Below, one piece after another: positions 12,208 to 24,846 of a stretch of 64,000 bases of DNA (positions are counted from its first letter, which is position 1; each line of letters begins with the position of its first letter). Source of the DNA: Pelomyxa schiedti (taxonomy: Eukaryota > Protista > Evosea); NCBI GenBank assembly GCA_020536535.1, contig JAHLWZ010000004.1, positions 1-64,000 of the forward strand, read 5' to 3'. The notes under the pieces were generated by a model. The model was given only the letters and a program-made list of their open reading frames with translations. It did not search any database and was not told where the DNA came from. The position numbers were made by a program, and so were the translations under genes.

Positions 12208-13496
12208 TTAAATAAGGATACGACAAAAATAGCGGAACTCTGGCCAGAGAATTACGGAAGTCAGCCAGCCTGAAATGAGTGCGAATAAGACATAGCAGGG
12301 CGCGAGACCACCTTGGGGATAGAGCACTTTGTATAGGTACCCGGTGCCAAACACAGACACACAGGCAAGGAGGGGTGCCCACCGGGGGAATTCCATCAGG
12401 AATGAGGCTGTGTACGGGTGTGTGAGGCGCCTGAAATCGTACTCTTTCCATTTCGGTGAAAGCAAGTGCAGTAGCAAGAAGCTATTGAGGTGGCATACTC
12501 TTGTAATAATTGTGAACCACGGAATGAGTAGAAGCATACTTGGACCCAAAAACTTGCACAGAATCCATGGGCACAAAAAACATAGAATCGGTAGAAGCGA
12601 GGATTCTGCAGTGAAAACCTCAATATATACCACCACTGCCAGCCAAAGAAATATAACAGCCGGAATTACACCAAGCCACGTCGTCCTTGCAGTGAATAAA
12701 ATTGATGAATATAGTCCCAACAGGAAAATGATGACAGTGTGATACGGCCTTGCCCTGTAGTCAATGGGTCTCGGTCCAACGAACATATAACCTGCCGAAA
12801 CTGCAGTAACTGTAGCGGTACCAAAGGCATAAATACTGGCAGGAATTGGTAGTGCAATGAAAATGGCGGCAATAAATAAGGTCAATATCTGCAGAATTAC
12901 AAATAAAGTAGCAGCTAGAGGAGCGTCACTGAGGTAACCCCAAGAATAAAGTGAGAGGAACCGGACCTACGGAGTTTGCATGAGGGTCAAATCTTCGCCC
13001 CGGTTTCCCGTGGATTGCTGACCACCGCTCGGCTACTTCAGAAAACCACCCTCTTGAGGGCATTGATGAAGCACAGGTGCTCCCAAAATACAAGTTGAAC
13101 TTCTTGTGCCACAATTCATCGTCTGAGGCCCAACTGTTCCAAGAGCGGCATACCTCAATATCGATCAGAAAAGGTCAGGAAAAAAAGTGACCACCCCATG
13201 CAAACCGCTTTGCACCGAGCAAGAGAGACTGGATCCAAGTATGAAAAAGTGCTCAACCAGAAATCATTTGTGCACCAACGATTCCCAGCATTCCATGAAA
13301 CAGCAGCACTGTCATCATTCCGTCCAAGTAAACTACCCAAACTCTTATGGGGAAAAAGAAAAAGGCAAAGTGTTGAAAAGTACATTTTGAAAAGCCAATG
13401 GCACTTACGAAAGCAAGACCACACTAATCTACCAATATCCTCAGCGATCTGGCAGCACCTCAGGCCCCCGACACACCGTTTCATTTTCGCTGTCAT
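12208..13496 (-). CDS. F-box protein with multi-pass hydrophobic C-terminal region
   Basis: NDFWLSTFSYLDPVSLARCKA|VCRSWNSWASDDELW (F-box) continues in frame, via an intron, into a ~225-aa hydrophobic exon. Confidence 0.65.
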
Positions 13497-13540
13497 CACA
13501 ACAAAAGCACTTTACTGGAAAATCTGTTCTCGAGAGCGTG

Positions 13541-15469
13541 ATGACAACGGTACCCGTTGTGTCTCCAGGAACGATTGACATTATGGGCATGTCATATGTA
13601 TTGTGGCACGACGTAGTCCCACGGTGCTTTGAGATTGAAATCAAAACGCGTCCGGTATACGAAGCCTGGCGAAAAATAGCGTGCAGGAGCCCGAGTTGGC
13701 GTGGAGTAAGGTGCGTCTCATGTTTTTATGAGAAAAAAAATCAATTTTATTCGATTCACAATATGTTTCTTGTTTTGGAAAATAGTATGGGACTGGAGGA
13801 CAGTGACCTCAAAAATCTGCTTGTTGTTGCTGAAGTGTTCTTTCCTCTTGTGCCATTGGTAGCCAAGTTCATTGTGGAAAAGCTTACACTGTGCCCTGCA
13901 TTTTCATTTTCAGTGTACTATGGCTCTGCTGAAACCCGGGTGGCACATTTCATATTCAATAAGTGGAACGGTGAGCCGGAATTCATAGGGCGTGCTTCCT
14001 GGGGCCCGGCACTATCTTGCGCTTGCAAAGTGGGGAATTCCGTTGCGGTCAAGTGGCTTTGTGCTCAATACGGCCTTCGGAGCTCTGATTTGGACGGCCA
14101 GTATGGCGGCAACCCGATTTTGGTGAGCTTGCATGAAGGCCATTTGGAGATTGCGCAGTGGCTTGTAGAATCACTGAGGTTGAAATGGTCCACTTGCAGA
14201 GACTGGGATTTCTCCAATTTCTTTGCCACTGGTCACTTGGATGGAATTTTATGGCTGTCAAAGGCTGTGGGTGCGTCCTTGTTAAAGGAGCATACAGCTT
14301 GGGAATTTGTAGAGGCGTGCACAGCTGGAAACCTAGAGAATGCAAAATGGTTGCACGCAACCTTCCCTAACACTAATGTGACAGCCCAGTTTAATGCACT
14401 TTCCAAAGCTTGCCTTAACGGGAGATTAGATGTGGCAAAGTGGCTGGCTTCTACATACGGGTTTGATAACTTCTCAAGACTCACAAAGCAGTGCACTGTC
14501 ACCTGCATTCGACAAGGTTATCTATCTACTGCTGAGTGGATGTTGGACATGTCTGGGATGTCTCTTAGGGAAGCACTTGGCAGCTATTACGAAAATGTTG
14601 GGGCACTAGCGGAAAGAAACGCACAAAGCGGAAACTTGGTAGCCCTAGAATGGGTAAGTGGACATTTTGAACTAGGCCCTCATGTTTGTAGAGAGATTTT
14701 CTTCAACGGCGCCTCCTATGGTCAGCTGGGCACTTGCCAATGGGTTTTCCCCAAGTGCTCAGCACTGGACCACACTTTTTTGTGTGAGTGTCTGAACGGA
14801 GCTCTGCTCAGAGGCCATGCAGACATGGCAGACTGGCTCTGCAAAACGTTCCAGCCAAACGTAATGCCATCTCTTCCTATTTGGCAGGCTTGTTGCCACA
14901 ATGGGGGGGAGTTGGCTACAGTACAATGGATGCTGCGGAACCTCCCAGCCCCAAAAAGATGTAGTGGACTTACTATGAGCTGCCTGCAAGGGAATTTGCC
15001 TTTGGTGAAGTTTCTTTCAGCTGCATACAGTGCAACCCCCGAGGACATACGAGATAACGAGAACGAGGCCTTGCGTAGTGCATGTGGCCATGGCCATCTC
15101 CATGTTGCAAAGTGGATCACACAGGAATTTGGGCTGAACAAAGCTGATGCACAATGTGGTGATCAAAACGAGGCTTTGTGGCAAAGTTTTCAGAATGGTC
15201 ACCTGGAAACAGCCCTTTGGGTAATGGAAACTTTCAAATTCACAACCAAGGATATACCTTCGTGGTATTTGTGGCGAGCGTGTGAATATGGCTCGCTTCA
15301 CACAATTAAGTGGCTCGCCAATGTGGTCCCTTTGTCTATAGAGCACAAGCCAAGATATGACGAGGCCATTCAGGGTATGGAACAGGCTGGACACCTTGAT
15401 ACAAAACAATTCCTGGAGCATATCTTTGAACAAAAGATGCGTGGACCAAATAGTTGCTCCACTTCCTAG
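13541..15469 (+). CDS. Degenerate ankyrin-repeat protein (lineage-expanded type)
   Basis: About 11 repeats of the type ALxxACxNGHLxVAKWL. One probable in-frame intron at ~13711-13785. Confidence 0.85.
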   Translation: MTTVPVVSPGTIDIMGMSYVLWHDVVPRCFEIEIKTRPVYEAWRKIACRSPSWRGVRCVSCFYEKKNQFYSIHNMFLVLENSMGLEDSDLKNLLVVAEVFFPLVPLVAKFIVEKLTLCPAFSFSVYYGSAETRVAHFIFNKWNGEPEFIGRASWGPALSCACKVGNSVAVKWLCAQYGLRSSDLDGQYGGNPILVSLHEGHLEIAQWLVESLRLKWSTCRDWDFSNFFATGHLDGILWLSKAVGASLLKEHTAWEFVEACTAGNLENAKWLHATFPNTNVTAQFNALSKACLNGRLDVAKWLASTYGFDNFSRLTKQCTVTCIRQGYLSTAEWMLDMSGMSLREALGSYYENVGALAERNAQSGNLVALEWVSGHFELGPHVCREIFFNGASYGQLGTCQWVFPKCSALDHTFLCECLNGALLRGHADMADWLCKTFQPNVMPSLPIWQACCHNGGELATVQWMLRNLPAPKRCSGLTMSCLQGNLPLVKFLSAAYSATPEDIRDNENEALRSACGHGHLHVAKWITQEFGLNKADAQCGDQNEALWQSFQNGHLETALWVMETFKFTTKDIPSWYLWRACEYGSLHTIKWLANVVPLSIEHKPRYDEAIQGMEQAGHLDTKQFLEHIFEQKMRGPNSCSTS

Positions 15470-15625
15470 TCCCAAAAAAAGTTGCCATTGTAGCCAATGT
15501 TTGTTATTCAAAATTGATTATTTGAACTGCTCAAACTTGGGGTTTTCCTTTTCAAAATGAGCTGGGTTGTTCTTCCCTTTTAATCACATTAAGTGACTTT
15601 CATACCCACAAGGCAACGACATACT

Positions 15626-16103
15626 TTAGGACTGGGATGCTGCCTTCAACTTCTCCAATACCACAGCAGAGCTAATGTTAGACACCAACAGAGTCTTGTC
15701 ATGAGACTTGCTGCCATACTCAAGAGTGACATCTCTCTTCTTCACACCCAAAACCTATCTCATGTCCCAGCAAATTAGAGGAGAGCTTGTAAAAAAAAAA
15801 AAACGCACAGATGAAAATAAGTCTCTTAGTTCACTGTTGGCTTTGCCATCCCTGGCAGGCTCACTCAAATGGACAGAAATGGACTCGTCCCCAACAGCTG
15901 TTGTTTGTTACTCAAAAACAAAGTTCATAGGGTTGTTTCGAACATTCTATTCCTGACGATTTCGAGTTGGGCTTCACTGACAAAGTGAGTCTCACGGCGT
16001 TGGGGCCTGCTTCGCTTATGGGACTTGCTGAAGTTGGTTGACTACTAGATGTGGTGGATGCTGTTGTAGCCGGCGTGGCCGTAGTTCGTTTCGCTCTAGG
16101 CAT
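15626..16103 (-). CDS. DUF167/UPF0235 (YggU-like) protein
   Basis: Spliced LTLSVKPNSKSSGIE|SVGDESISVHLSEPARDGKANSEL..|VLGVKKRDVTLEYGSKSHDKTLLV. Confidence 0.85.
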
Positions 16104-16222
16104 TGTTGATTCGGTGTTTATAACAATAATAATAAAAAATTTCAAATGTTTTTTCCAAGCCTGCAGCTGTGGAGCACTTCATTTTTGTGCATTTTTTTTT
16201 GAATGAAGATATTGGTTGTTTT

Positions 16223-16698
16223 CTAGGACGAAGCTTTTGGCAGCTCTACGACTTGTACTAAAAGGGTTTTGTTGTCCACTTTCGTGCCGACCTTTATCCT
16301 GTTAGGACTAAGGGAATCTAAAGTTTCTCACCTGGACACATATTCTTTCAACTGTGCCGTCATGTGGTGCTGTCACCTCCACTTCCATCTTCATTGCCGC
16401 TACAGACATGAGTACAGTACTTTTGGCCACCTTGTCCCCAATGTTGACATATATTTTGTCCACTGTACCTTGATTTCACCAATCCTTAGTGTGTTAATAA
16501 AATTTCATTCATGTGTGATACCCAGAAGTGGGGATGGGATGTGACTTGGGTCACTTGGATTTGCCATTACTCAGGGGAGACAAAGCAAAAAACTGAGGGG
16601 TTCAATAAAATGCGAAAAGCACTAACTTGGTCTGGTGTCCTAGTGTTTCCACTCAGCAACACATAAACTTGAGATTGATCTATCAGGATCACCGACAT
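16223..16698 (-). CDS. Small stand-alone biotinyl (BCCP-like) domain protein; start uncertain (16567, 16698 or further upstream)
   Basis: MANPSDPSHIPSPLL|GTVDKIYVNIGDKVAKSTVLMSVAAMKMEVEVTAPHDGTVERICVQ|VGTKVDNKTLLVQV, containing the AMKM biotinylation motif. Confidence 0.85.
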
Positions 16699-16782
16699 AG
16701 GAAAGGCATATTTCCTGAGCCACCAAATGTGAGCATGATGCCTGGCCACTCTCATCGGTCGAAAACTGATTCCGCGTACGAG

Positions 16783-18707
16783 ATGCAGCACGCCTGGGGA
16801 GGCGGTGATGTTTCAGCATTCGCGTTGTCGGTACTGTGCAAACATGGTCTGGTCTTGCGGAGATCCGCGCAGTGCGGTAGATACATTGGTATTCCTTTTT
16901 TCCCCTTTTGCTTGTTGGAGTGTTGCCGGCGCTGAGATCCTAACACGGAATATAAGTTGCTGGCAAAGCATTTTCAGCAGGCGAGGTGGTTTTGGAAACT
17001 CAGCCGTATGCGTTTGTGATTCATTCTCAGTACCGCGAGTCAAGGTGTTCCTACTGTTTTTCTCAAAGGGGGGGACCAACTGCCCCCCGATTGTTCAATT
17101 GCTCGGCTTGCAAATATGAAAAGTACTGCGGCCCTGCGTGCCAGGCTGCTGCTTGGTCAAAGTACCATAAATATGAGTGCGCTAAAATAAAGGCTGCTCC
17201 CCAAATAGAGTACTTTCTGCCTTCTTGTGTGAGGCATGTACTGTCCCTTTTAACTAATTACTTGACCTTTTTTTTACCCTGCCTGGATTTTGTAACTGAT
17301 CCCCAACAGGGATGAAGTTGATCTAGCGTGCCGAATTCTCTGCCTGAAGAAAGGACGTAAAATCACACCCGAGCTTTCAGCGGAAGAAGTGTCCTACACA
17401 GATTTTGAGAATCTAGAGTCACATATCGAAGACATTCGCAACAATGCTGAGCATGACGAGGGAAATACAAAGGTGTGAAGAACGAAGAGATATTTTTATC
17501 ACCTAAGGTATTGATTTTCACAAAAGGTTGCACAGTTGGTTCTCCAACGGTTCGTAGGCCCCAATCTACACCCTTCTTAAGTTAATGCTTCTCTGTAGAT
17601 TACGTGGATTATTCCCGTTAAATGAAATAAAAACTTTGTTGGGCCGAATGCAATGTAATGACTTCAGTGTAAGTCAGTCTCATTTTTATGGGAGTCTACC
17701 CTTTTAACTAGATCTGGGATGATATCATAGTCTCAATTGGAGCTGGAGTATATCCTGCTGGAGCAATGATAAACCACTACTGCAATGCAAACTGTGTTGT
17801 AAGGATTCTTTTGGTTTGAGGCTTTCCTGATAAAGAAAAGGTCTCCTACAATACTAAAACGAAAACTCAAGTATGGTCCCCTGGAATATGCTACAGTCTG
17901 ACAGTAGGCTTTTTGAGACATTCAGAGCTATTCGCAACATAAATCCAGGGGAAGAAATTGCACACTCCTACTTAGATGTAGCTTCCACTACAGCTGATAG
18001 GAGGGGCAAGTTATTGAAACAATATTATTTCCAGTGTCACTGCGACTTATGCTCGAACGGAGACACCCGAGACCGCATGCTCACTGGTACAGCGGACGGA
18101 AAATATTCTAAGCCTAAAAACCCCTAGAGACCACGAACCCCGATCCCGGAAGAGCAGAACAGGCAGAACAACTGTACTCTGAGGGTACAGATTTAACTAA
18201 GGATGCAAATGAATGCGAGGAACTACTCCGTAAGTGCCTGACAATACGGGAAGGAATTTTCGGACCATGGAATCTTCAGGTTGGCAATTCTATCTTACCA
18301 TATCACTCCAATCCTCATAATTTATGAAGTTGATGAGCACTCGGTGTCACATGTTGACTGTTCTTATGGAACAGAACAAACCTCCTGAAGAATGCATTAC
18401 TTTATGCCAGAAAATTATCGAAGTTGACTCTTTCTCTTGAAGTAATAACACTGAATCTAACACAGACTTACCAACGAGTTTATCCACCAAATTACCCAAT
18501 GATTGGCCTTCAATACTACACACTAGGGGACCTCTTTGCACAACTAGGAAACAAGCAAGAGGCACGTGCTGCACACACACAAGCGTATGCAAATTTTCCT
18601 GTATCTCACATGGTACTAAGTAGAAAACTTCTAGCCTTCAAATCCTTCAACTCACACATGGACCTGATTCAGACTTCATCTCCACCCTACGGCAACTCTT
18701 AGCATAA
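16783..18707 (+). CDS. SET and MYND domain lysine methyltransferase (SMYD family)
   Basis: GRYI|VAGKAFSAGEVV, MYND finger (CSYC..CSAC..YCGPACQAAAW..HKYEC), GVYP..MINHYCNANC, GEEIAHSY, YYFQCHCDLC, and a TPR-like tail ending LTHG. Confidence 0.9.
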
Positions 18708-18902
18708 CACCAACAAAGTTTTTTTTTCCTTTTCTAATTGTGTGTTCTATTTCCCCTCAGCAGATCCGGTTGCAGTTGCCATCAAAAAAGAAAAAAACCG
18801 AAAAAAGGAAAAAAAAAAGGGCCGACAGCGACACACCATCACCACCGCAGTTCAATAAAGTCGCCGATCGCAATCAAAAACACAAGAAAACCCAAGAAAC
18901 AA

Positions 18903-20327
18903 ATGCAACAACACACAGGCGTCGGATCTGGATCTGCGGCATCAACAACTAACACTCCTTCGTCATCCACAAACACAAACGCATTGGCAACCACGAGTAT
19001 ACTACTGGGTGCGCCGTCGTCCGGCGCGCCGATCTCATCAACGTCGACACCCGGCAATAGCAATAACAGTAGCACAACCAACGCAACACCCTCCGCTGCC
19101 GCTACGAGTAGCATTGGTTTGGCACAAGCACCGCCCTCACTCAGGCTCGTGCGTTACACTGCCGAACTAAAAGTGGCGTTGGAAGGTTGGTGGCGTGCTT
19201 GGTGTTGTTTATTTTTGTTAGTTTTAGGTAGGGTGGTATTTTCTGTCTTATTTTTATCATTTGGTTAGTCGACTGTTTTCCCCTAGGACTAACCTTTGGC
19301 TCTTAATTTACTCTCTTTTTTTCCCCCCGTTTTGGGAATAGACTTTGTTCTTGGAATGCAAGGACAACCAACTAAACCTATACCACCGGAATTGGTGCAA
19401 GTTGTGGCAAACATAGCTTTAACTGGTTATTCATGGTATGCTTTTTCAGTTGCCAACTCAAATAACCTTTCGTTGTTACTGAATCAGTAACCAATAACAA
19501 AAAGTTATCCCTGGAGCCATCTCAAGTTCGTGTTCCACCGTCTTCTCAATGATGTGTGTAGTTTAGCTGTCATACCTTACTTAAATGAACTGTATCATAC
19601 TGAAAGTAATTATAAGTCTCGAGTGCCCATCAAGTGGCTGAACATGACTTAAATGAACCCCCCTGCCTACAGAATATGATACAAATACATGGAAAATCGG
19701 GTTGGCCAGAAGCATCCCAAGAGTCATTTGACACAAAGAAGGAAGAGATTCTGCGTGCCTTAGTTACCTTCACTGAGTTGGGTATTTGTGTCTGGTTTTT
19801 GTTTAACTTGAGCCACATCACACCACCAGTCTGAACTTACTTACCTGTAGGGCTCCATGGACACTACAACGACTAGCTGAAGTGTCTGTATGCCCTCAGC
19901 AGTACACAAGGGCCAAGTCGTACCTTTTTGCACTTGAAAAGGTAACTCACCAAGTTTCTTCTTGTCTTATAAATTGACTCACCAACCACCCTTTCCCAAA
20001 ACAACAAAATAACTGGAACAGCTCCTCACAGTTTCCTCCACCCAACCTCACCTTACACCCCAACAAGTGGTTGACGTCAACAACCAAATACGAGGGTACA
20101 CCCCCTCACCGGCAACATCACCCACACCAATCCCCACCCAGGTACAATCCCCTAACACTTCCCCATTCAATCCCATCACCACACATCCGGCACCGTCATC
20201 AACCTCCAGCACCTTCCCACCGCATCCAGTACCCAACAGCAACACCACCACAGCCAGCAGCACACCACCTACTACGCACCTAGGTACAGCCGCCACCGAT
20301 GAGCTACAGCCTATGGACGATATGTAG
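18903..20327 (+). CDS. PPP4R2: Protein phosphatase 4 regulatory subunit 2-like
   Basis: VVANIALTG..YPWSHLK..and APWTLQRLAEV..PQQY..KSYLFALEK|LLTVSST signature. Confidence 0.8.
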
Positions 20328-20485
20328 AAATTTGTGTTGGTGTGTGGCGCAGAGCCTCTGATAACTGTTGTTCAACTATTTTCGCTCTCCGTTTTTTGAT
20401 CCTACGGCGAAAAACAAAATAACAACAAAGCCAACTTGTTGCTTTTTTTTTTGGCAAGTGATGGGGTTTTCTTATTGCTATTACC

Positions 20486-22963
20486 TCACAGTTTTGTCGT
20501 GGTTTCAGCTGTAGAGCAGGAATTCATTAGAGGACAGATATCTATGATATGTGGGAGGTGGGTACCTGGTGCAATTGCATAAATGCCGGGAGAGGGTTGG
20601 TAGATGATGTGCTGATTGGTCCAATAGGTCAGGTGTTCTTCAATGTCCTCGGTACTCATACCACAGCACTTTGATAGGTCGTCAACTGATATGGGCGCTG
20701 CGGAAGAAGTCAGAAAAGAAGGGGGTATAAGGAACTTACAATGGTCAGACAAGTGCATAAGTGTGTTAGCGAGCATTGGAGAAACGGAAATACTCTGGTG
20801 CAAACCATTGTGAGAGAGCTCCAAATTTACACAGCCTACGTTGTGTATCCATTGTAAATGTTGCCTATGGTGCTGCTTTTTGTACTCCAATTCAAAGTCA
20901 GTCATGTGTCTTGGCTTGATTGGTCAGGTAATTTTCAAGTTGGCCAAAATTACTGCGCAATGTTCGGGTGTACATTCATCCTTTTAGCCTTAGGTAGAGT
21001 GGGCCAAAATATCCGGGAGAGAATCATTGCTTCCATCGGCACCTTTGCCCCTTCCCCCATCACCTCTTTGTGGGTGCTGTCACACACACTTCTGCCATTA
21101 AAATCGGTTGAACATTGTATGGACTGTTCCATGTCATGCAACATAACATCACATTTAGTGAGATTATTTTCTCCAAACCGTCGCTTAAGGAGGTCAACAA
21201 GATGAATCTAAAAAAGGTTAAATATGAAGACGCATCTTGAAGTACCTCTGTTTTTTTATCAAAGTGGGATAGAGTTTGGAGTGACAAAAGTCTAGAGGAG
21301 ACTTTATTAAAGTACTCGTCAATGAATTGCTGGGGAGAACCAAACAATAGGATCAAGGCTCCAAATGAATCCCCTTTTTTCATTTCAATACGTTCTAGGG
21401 GAAAAAGTCAGTTCTAGAAAGGGAAGGAGCGGTCGCACGAGGTTGTGGGCAAACTGGTTCGGGAGTCCAAGATAGTGTATACGTTTCCTCAGGAGATGGA
21501 GCACATCGTGACAATAAATCTGCTGCATCGCCTTCACAGAGATTATTGGCTAAACACAGAAGAGTGTCAGGTCTTCCTCTGGAAAAAAATAAACAAAAGA
21601 ATAGTTGCATGCTACGGTACCTAAGATAAACTTTGATAGGAGCACACAACTTTTCAGCAGCAAATCCTGACGGATCAATTACAGTTAATGCTGACATGGC
21701 TGACATATAGGCAGTAATAATGTCTTGAGTGCTCACACCAAGATGAAGAAGTTTCTCAGAAAAACTATCGACTAGTCACCTCATTGGTAGAAATTACAAC
21801 TGCACACCAAGAAATAAGTACTTCTGATAATAAGGGAAATTGATTAGATATTTTCAGACATTCCCGAATGTCTGTAAGTGCGGGAATGCTGTCTGGATAT
21901 GAAAGAATCAGTTCAAATAAGAGATGTATCCTAAAAAACCTCAGATAATGCTCTAGAAAGCAAGGAGAGTACCGCATAGCAGATACTTTTTCGTGAACTA
22001 GAATATCAATTTTTCTTTTCCAGTCCTCTAAAACCTGTGGTTGATCATCTTAAAATAAATTTCTGTGCTCCAAACAAGAAAGAAAATGAAGGTGATGCGA
22101 CTGCTTGTACCTACATTGTAATAGGTCCTCTAACCAAGGTAGTAATGAAAGATGAGTCCATTCCAGCATTTTATCTAGGCATTGAGCTCCAATATCTTGC
22201 TTAAAAAGCTCGATTCTGCAGTCAGTCACCTTTCGGAATTGTGAAGTGGAAAAGACCTCTTAGAAACTTGAGTTTTTATGACTCGAGCTATACTCTCAGC
22301 AGAGAGAGAGGAAAATATTTCTATTTCATGCATGACTTGAATTTCTTCCCTGTTTTCACTGGTTAACCAGCGTTGAGCTTGGAGTTGGATGTACTGGAGG
22401 AAAGAATGAGATCCGTCACAATAGTGCGAGAGAGACTCCGTGAAAACCATGTCCATCATGGAAGTTAAAAACAAGTGGCAGTTGTCGCACCACCACAAGC
22501 CCATTTCGTTACCACGAGTTTCAGTGGTCATCAGACCGCCATGCAAGGGGGAACCAAGAGAAAATGACATGCAGCAGTCCTTATAGTCACCAACGAGAGA
22601 AGGAAGCGTGTAGGCAAATTCACTGAGCAGTGTATCTACCCGTTCCAGAACAGTTCTCAATGTTCGCGTGTGCTTGTTCGTTTCCTGCAATGCCCGCACC
22701 AGTGGTGTGAACTCACGTGGGATGACACATTGTGTCTCAGGTTCCAAGGTTGTCATGTGTGCAGAATGAATGAATGACCAGTACACATTACATGCTGTTC
22801 CATGAATATACTTCCTCAAATGCACTGGGGAAACATAAACACAAGCAACACTCAGAAAAAAAAAAAAAATAATAAAACGGTTCTTACCTCGGTAGGTGTT
22901 AAAAATCGACTCCAGCACAGTCATATTGCATTCCTTGATCACACTACGTAAACACGCTTCCAT
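20486..22963 (-). CDS. ANAPC2: Anaphase-promoting complex subunit 2 (cullin-like)
   Basis: LFELILSYPDSIPALTDIRECL, LLHLGVSTQDIITAY..IDPSG..PIKVYLR, WTPEP, ILSRIFWP and LQWIHNVGCVNLEL. Confidence 0.9.
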
Positions 22964-23237
22964 TTCACGAACCAAAAAAGGCTCTGTGGGTCCCTTTCGA
23001 TGATTCACCAACGCAAAGCCAATAAACAAGGCAACACTACCTCGTTAAGAGATCCCATCAACAGTGACCACAGCCGGGTGACATTTTGCTGTGGTTCATG
23101 GTGCACCACCTCGTGTTGCATTTTAGGAACCCCTTTTGTTGTTAACAGATGCCTGTGTGGAATTATTCTGGATGTCCAGAAACCTTTGGAACAAGCATCG
23201 CACCCTTGAGGATTGTTTCTAAGCAGCCCCACTAGTC

Positions 23238-24595
23238 ATGATGTCAGTCAGCATCAGAGGCATTTCACTTTTTCCAGAAAAAACCAACACCTATCGGTGA
23301 GAAGATGCAGCCGGCGTTTGAAGAAAGGAAAAACGATCCGTTTGACCGACAGAGGTGCTTGGAGGGATGGAACCAGGACTTGGTCGAACAGCAAGTACAG
23401 TCACCCGTACTATGTCACCCAATGATAACACCAAAAAGGTTGCGTTTGTGCTCGGTGTTGGGGGATTGGGTTGTGGCGTTGCTTTCACGTTGGCCAGACT
23501 TGGTATCAAGAAAATGATACTGCTGGATTATGACGGTTCTTTTTTTTTTTTCCCCAATCTTCGTTGGTCCCTTACATAATTAAAAGTTGTGGATATGACA
23601 AACCTTAATAGACAAATTCTGTTTAGCAAAGCTGATGTTGGGAGAAGGAAGGCACAATACCTAGCACCTATTTGCTCTTTCTTTTAACCATATGACTGTA
23701 GGTTGATGCTGCTGCAGATGGAATTAGAGCACACATTGTTGGTAACACTGAGGTGGTTACTATGCATTGCAATGTATTGACAAACTGGGGTGAAGTTGTA
23801 AGAGTTGCAAGGGAATGCACTGTTCTGTTCAACAACATTGACATAGGGTTTGGCCCAACTTTTTTGTTTGAATTCCAATCCCAATAGGGGTTACTTCGAT
23901 TATGCCTGTCTCTCTCTGGCAAAAGCTCTACGCATTCCTTACTCTGCTGGTTCTTCTTATGGTTTGCCTTAATCAAAGTACGAATATATCTGTTGACATC
24001 AACAGGGAGATCGTGGATTGTGGAATATTTCAATGCTCAAGTAGGAGTATCCTCGTTTAGTTATGAAAACAAATCTGGTAAACTTTTTTTTTTTTACCTC
24101 CTCGTTTTATTTAGACATACCTTTTACAGGTAATCCGGCTATATTTGCCAAATTGCATCCTTCATTGATATGCTCATATCCTGCCCTCGACTTTGTTGAG
24201 GTAGGAAAGGAAATATTTATTGAAGGTTTTTGTAACCTGAAACCACTCAGCGTGACAGTAATCCTCCAACCCGGGCTATTGGGTCAAGTATTCTTGTTTG
24301 TGGTGCCGCATCTTTGAGCACAGTCTCTGCATGGCTTTACAACAAATTCGGTTTAGACATGCCCAACTTCGTACGTAACTTTTAGTTCTTATATTCCACC
24401 TGTGTGGAAAAACGACACAACAAACTTGCAAGTTAAAATCTAAGCCAACACAAAACAAAAATGCAGTCAAAAGTGGATATCACACAGTACTGGCAACCTG
24501 ATGGCATAATCGCATGGCCAGCTCCTGTTGATGAAGACGAGATCAAACCAAAAACACCCTCTACAACGACCACAACCACATCCTCGAGTTCCTAA
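23238..24595 (+). CDS. ThiF/MoeB/E1-like adenylation-domain protein
   Basis: VLGVGGLGCGVAFTLARLGI..LLDYD|VVDMTNLNRQILF..DVGRRK|VDAA. Includes a GC-AG intron at 23652-23701. Confidence 0.9.
23652..23701 (+). other. GC-AG spliceosomal intron in the ThiF gene
   Basis: AAG|gcacaa...tgtag|GTT restores DVGRRK-VDAA; read-through hits TAA. Confidence 0.75.
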
Positions 24596-24846
24596 AACAA
24601 AAATACAAAATAAAAAATAAAAATAAAAAAAGAAAAAAACCATGACAGACCGCTTTGCTTTTGTCGCCGTTCGTGAACCATGTTTGACACATTATCCGGG
24701 GTTGCAATACCCGAAGTCATTTTGGGTGTTTGGGGGAAAACCCATAGATCTAGGGTGATCGATTCCATCAAATAAACGCATTCGGGTCTGTTTAGCATTA
24801 AAACACAAAACCAACAACAAAAAAAAAAAAAGCAAAGCCCGAGCGG

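Noticed and set aside
13541-15469. Ankyrin gene as an endogenous giant-virus insert
   Set aside because: No viral hallmark genes nearby, a probable intron is present, and the flanks are ordinary host genes.
16567-16791. Arg-rich 'MLHLVRGISFRPMRVARHH' as an organellar targeting peptide for the biotinyl protein
   Set aside because: That ORF starts at GTG and overlaps the likely SMYD start (16783); downstream ATGs are more plausible.
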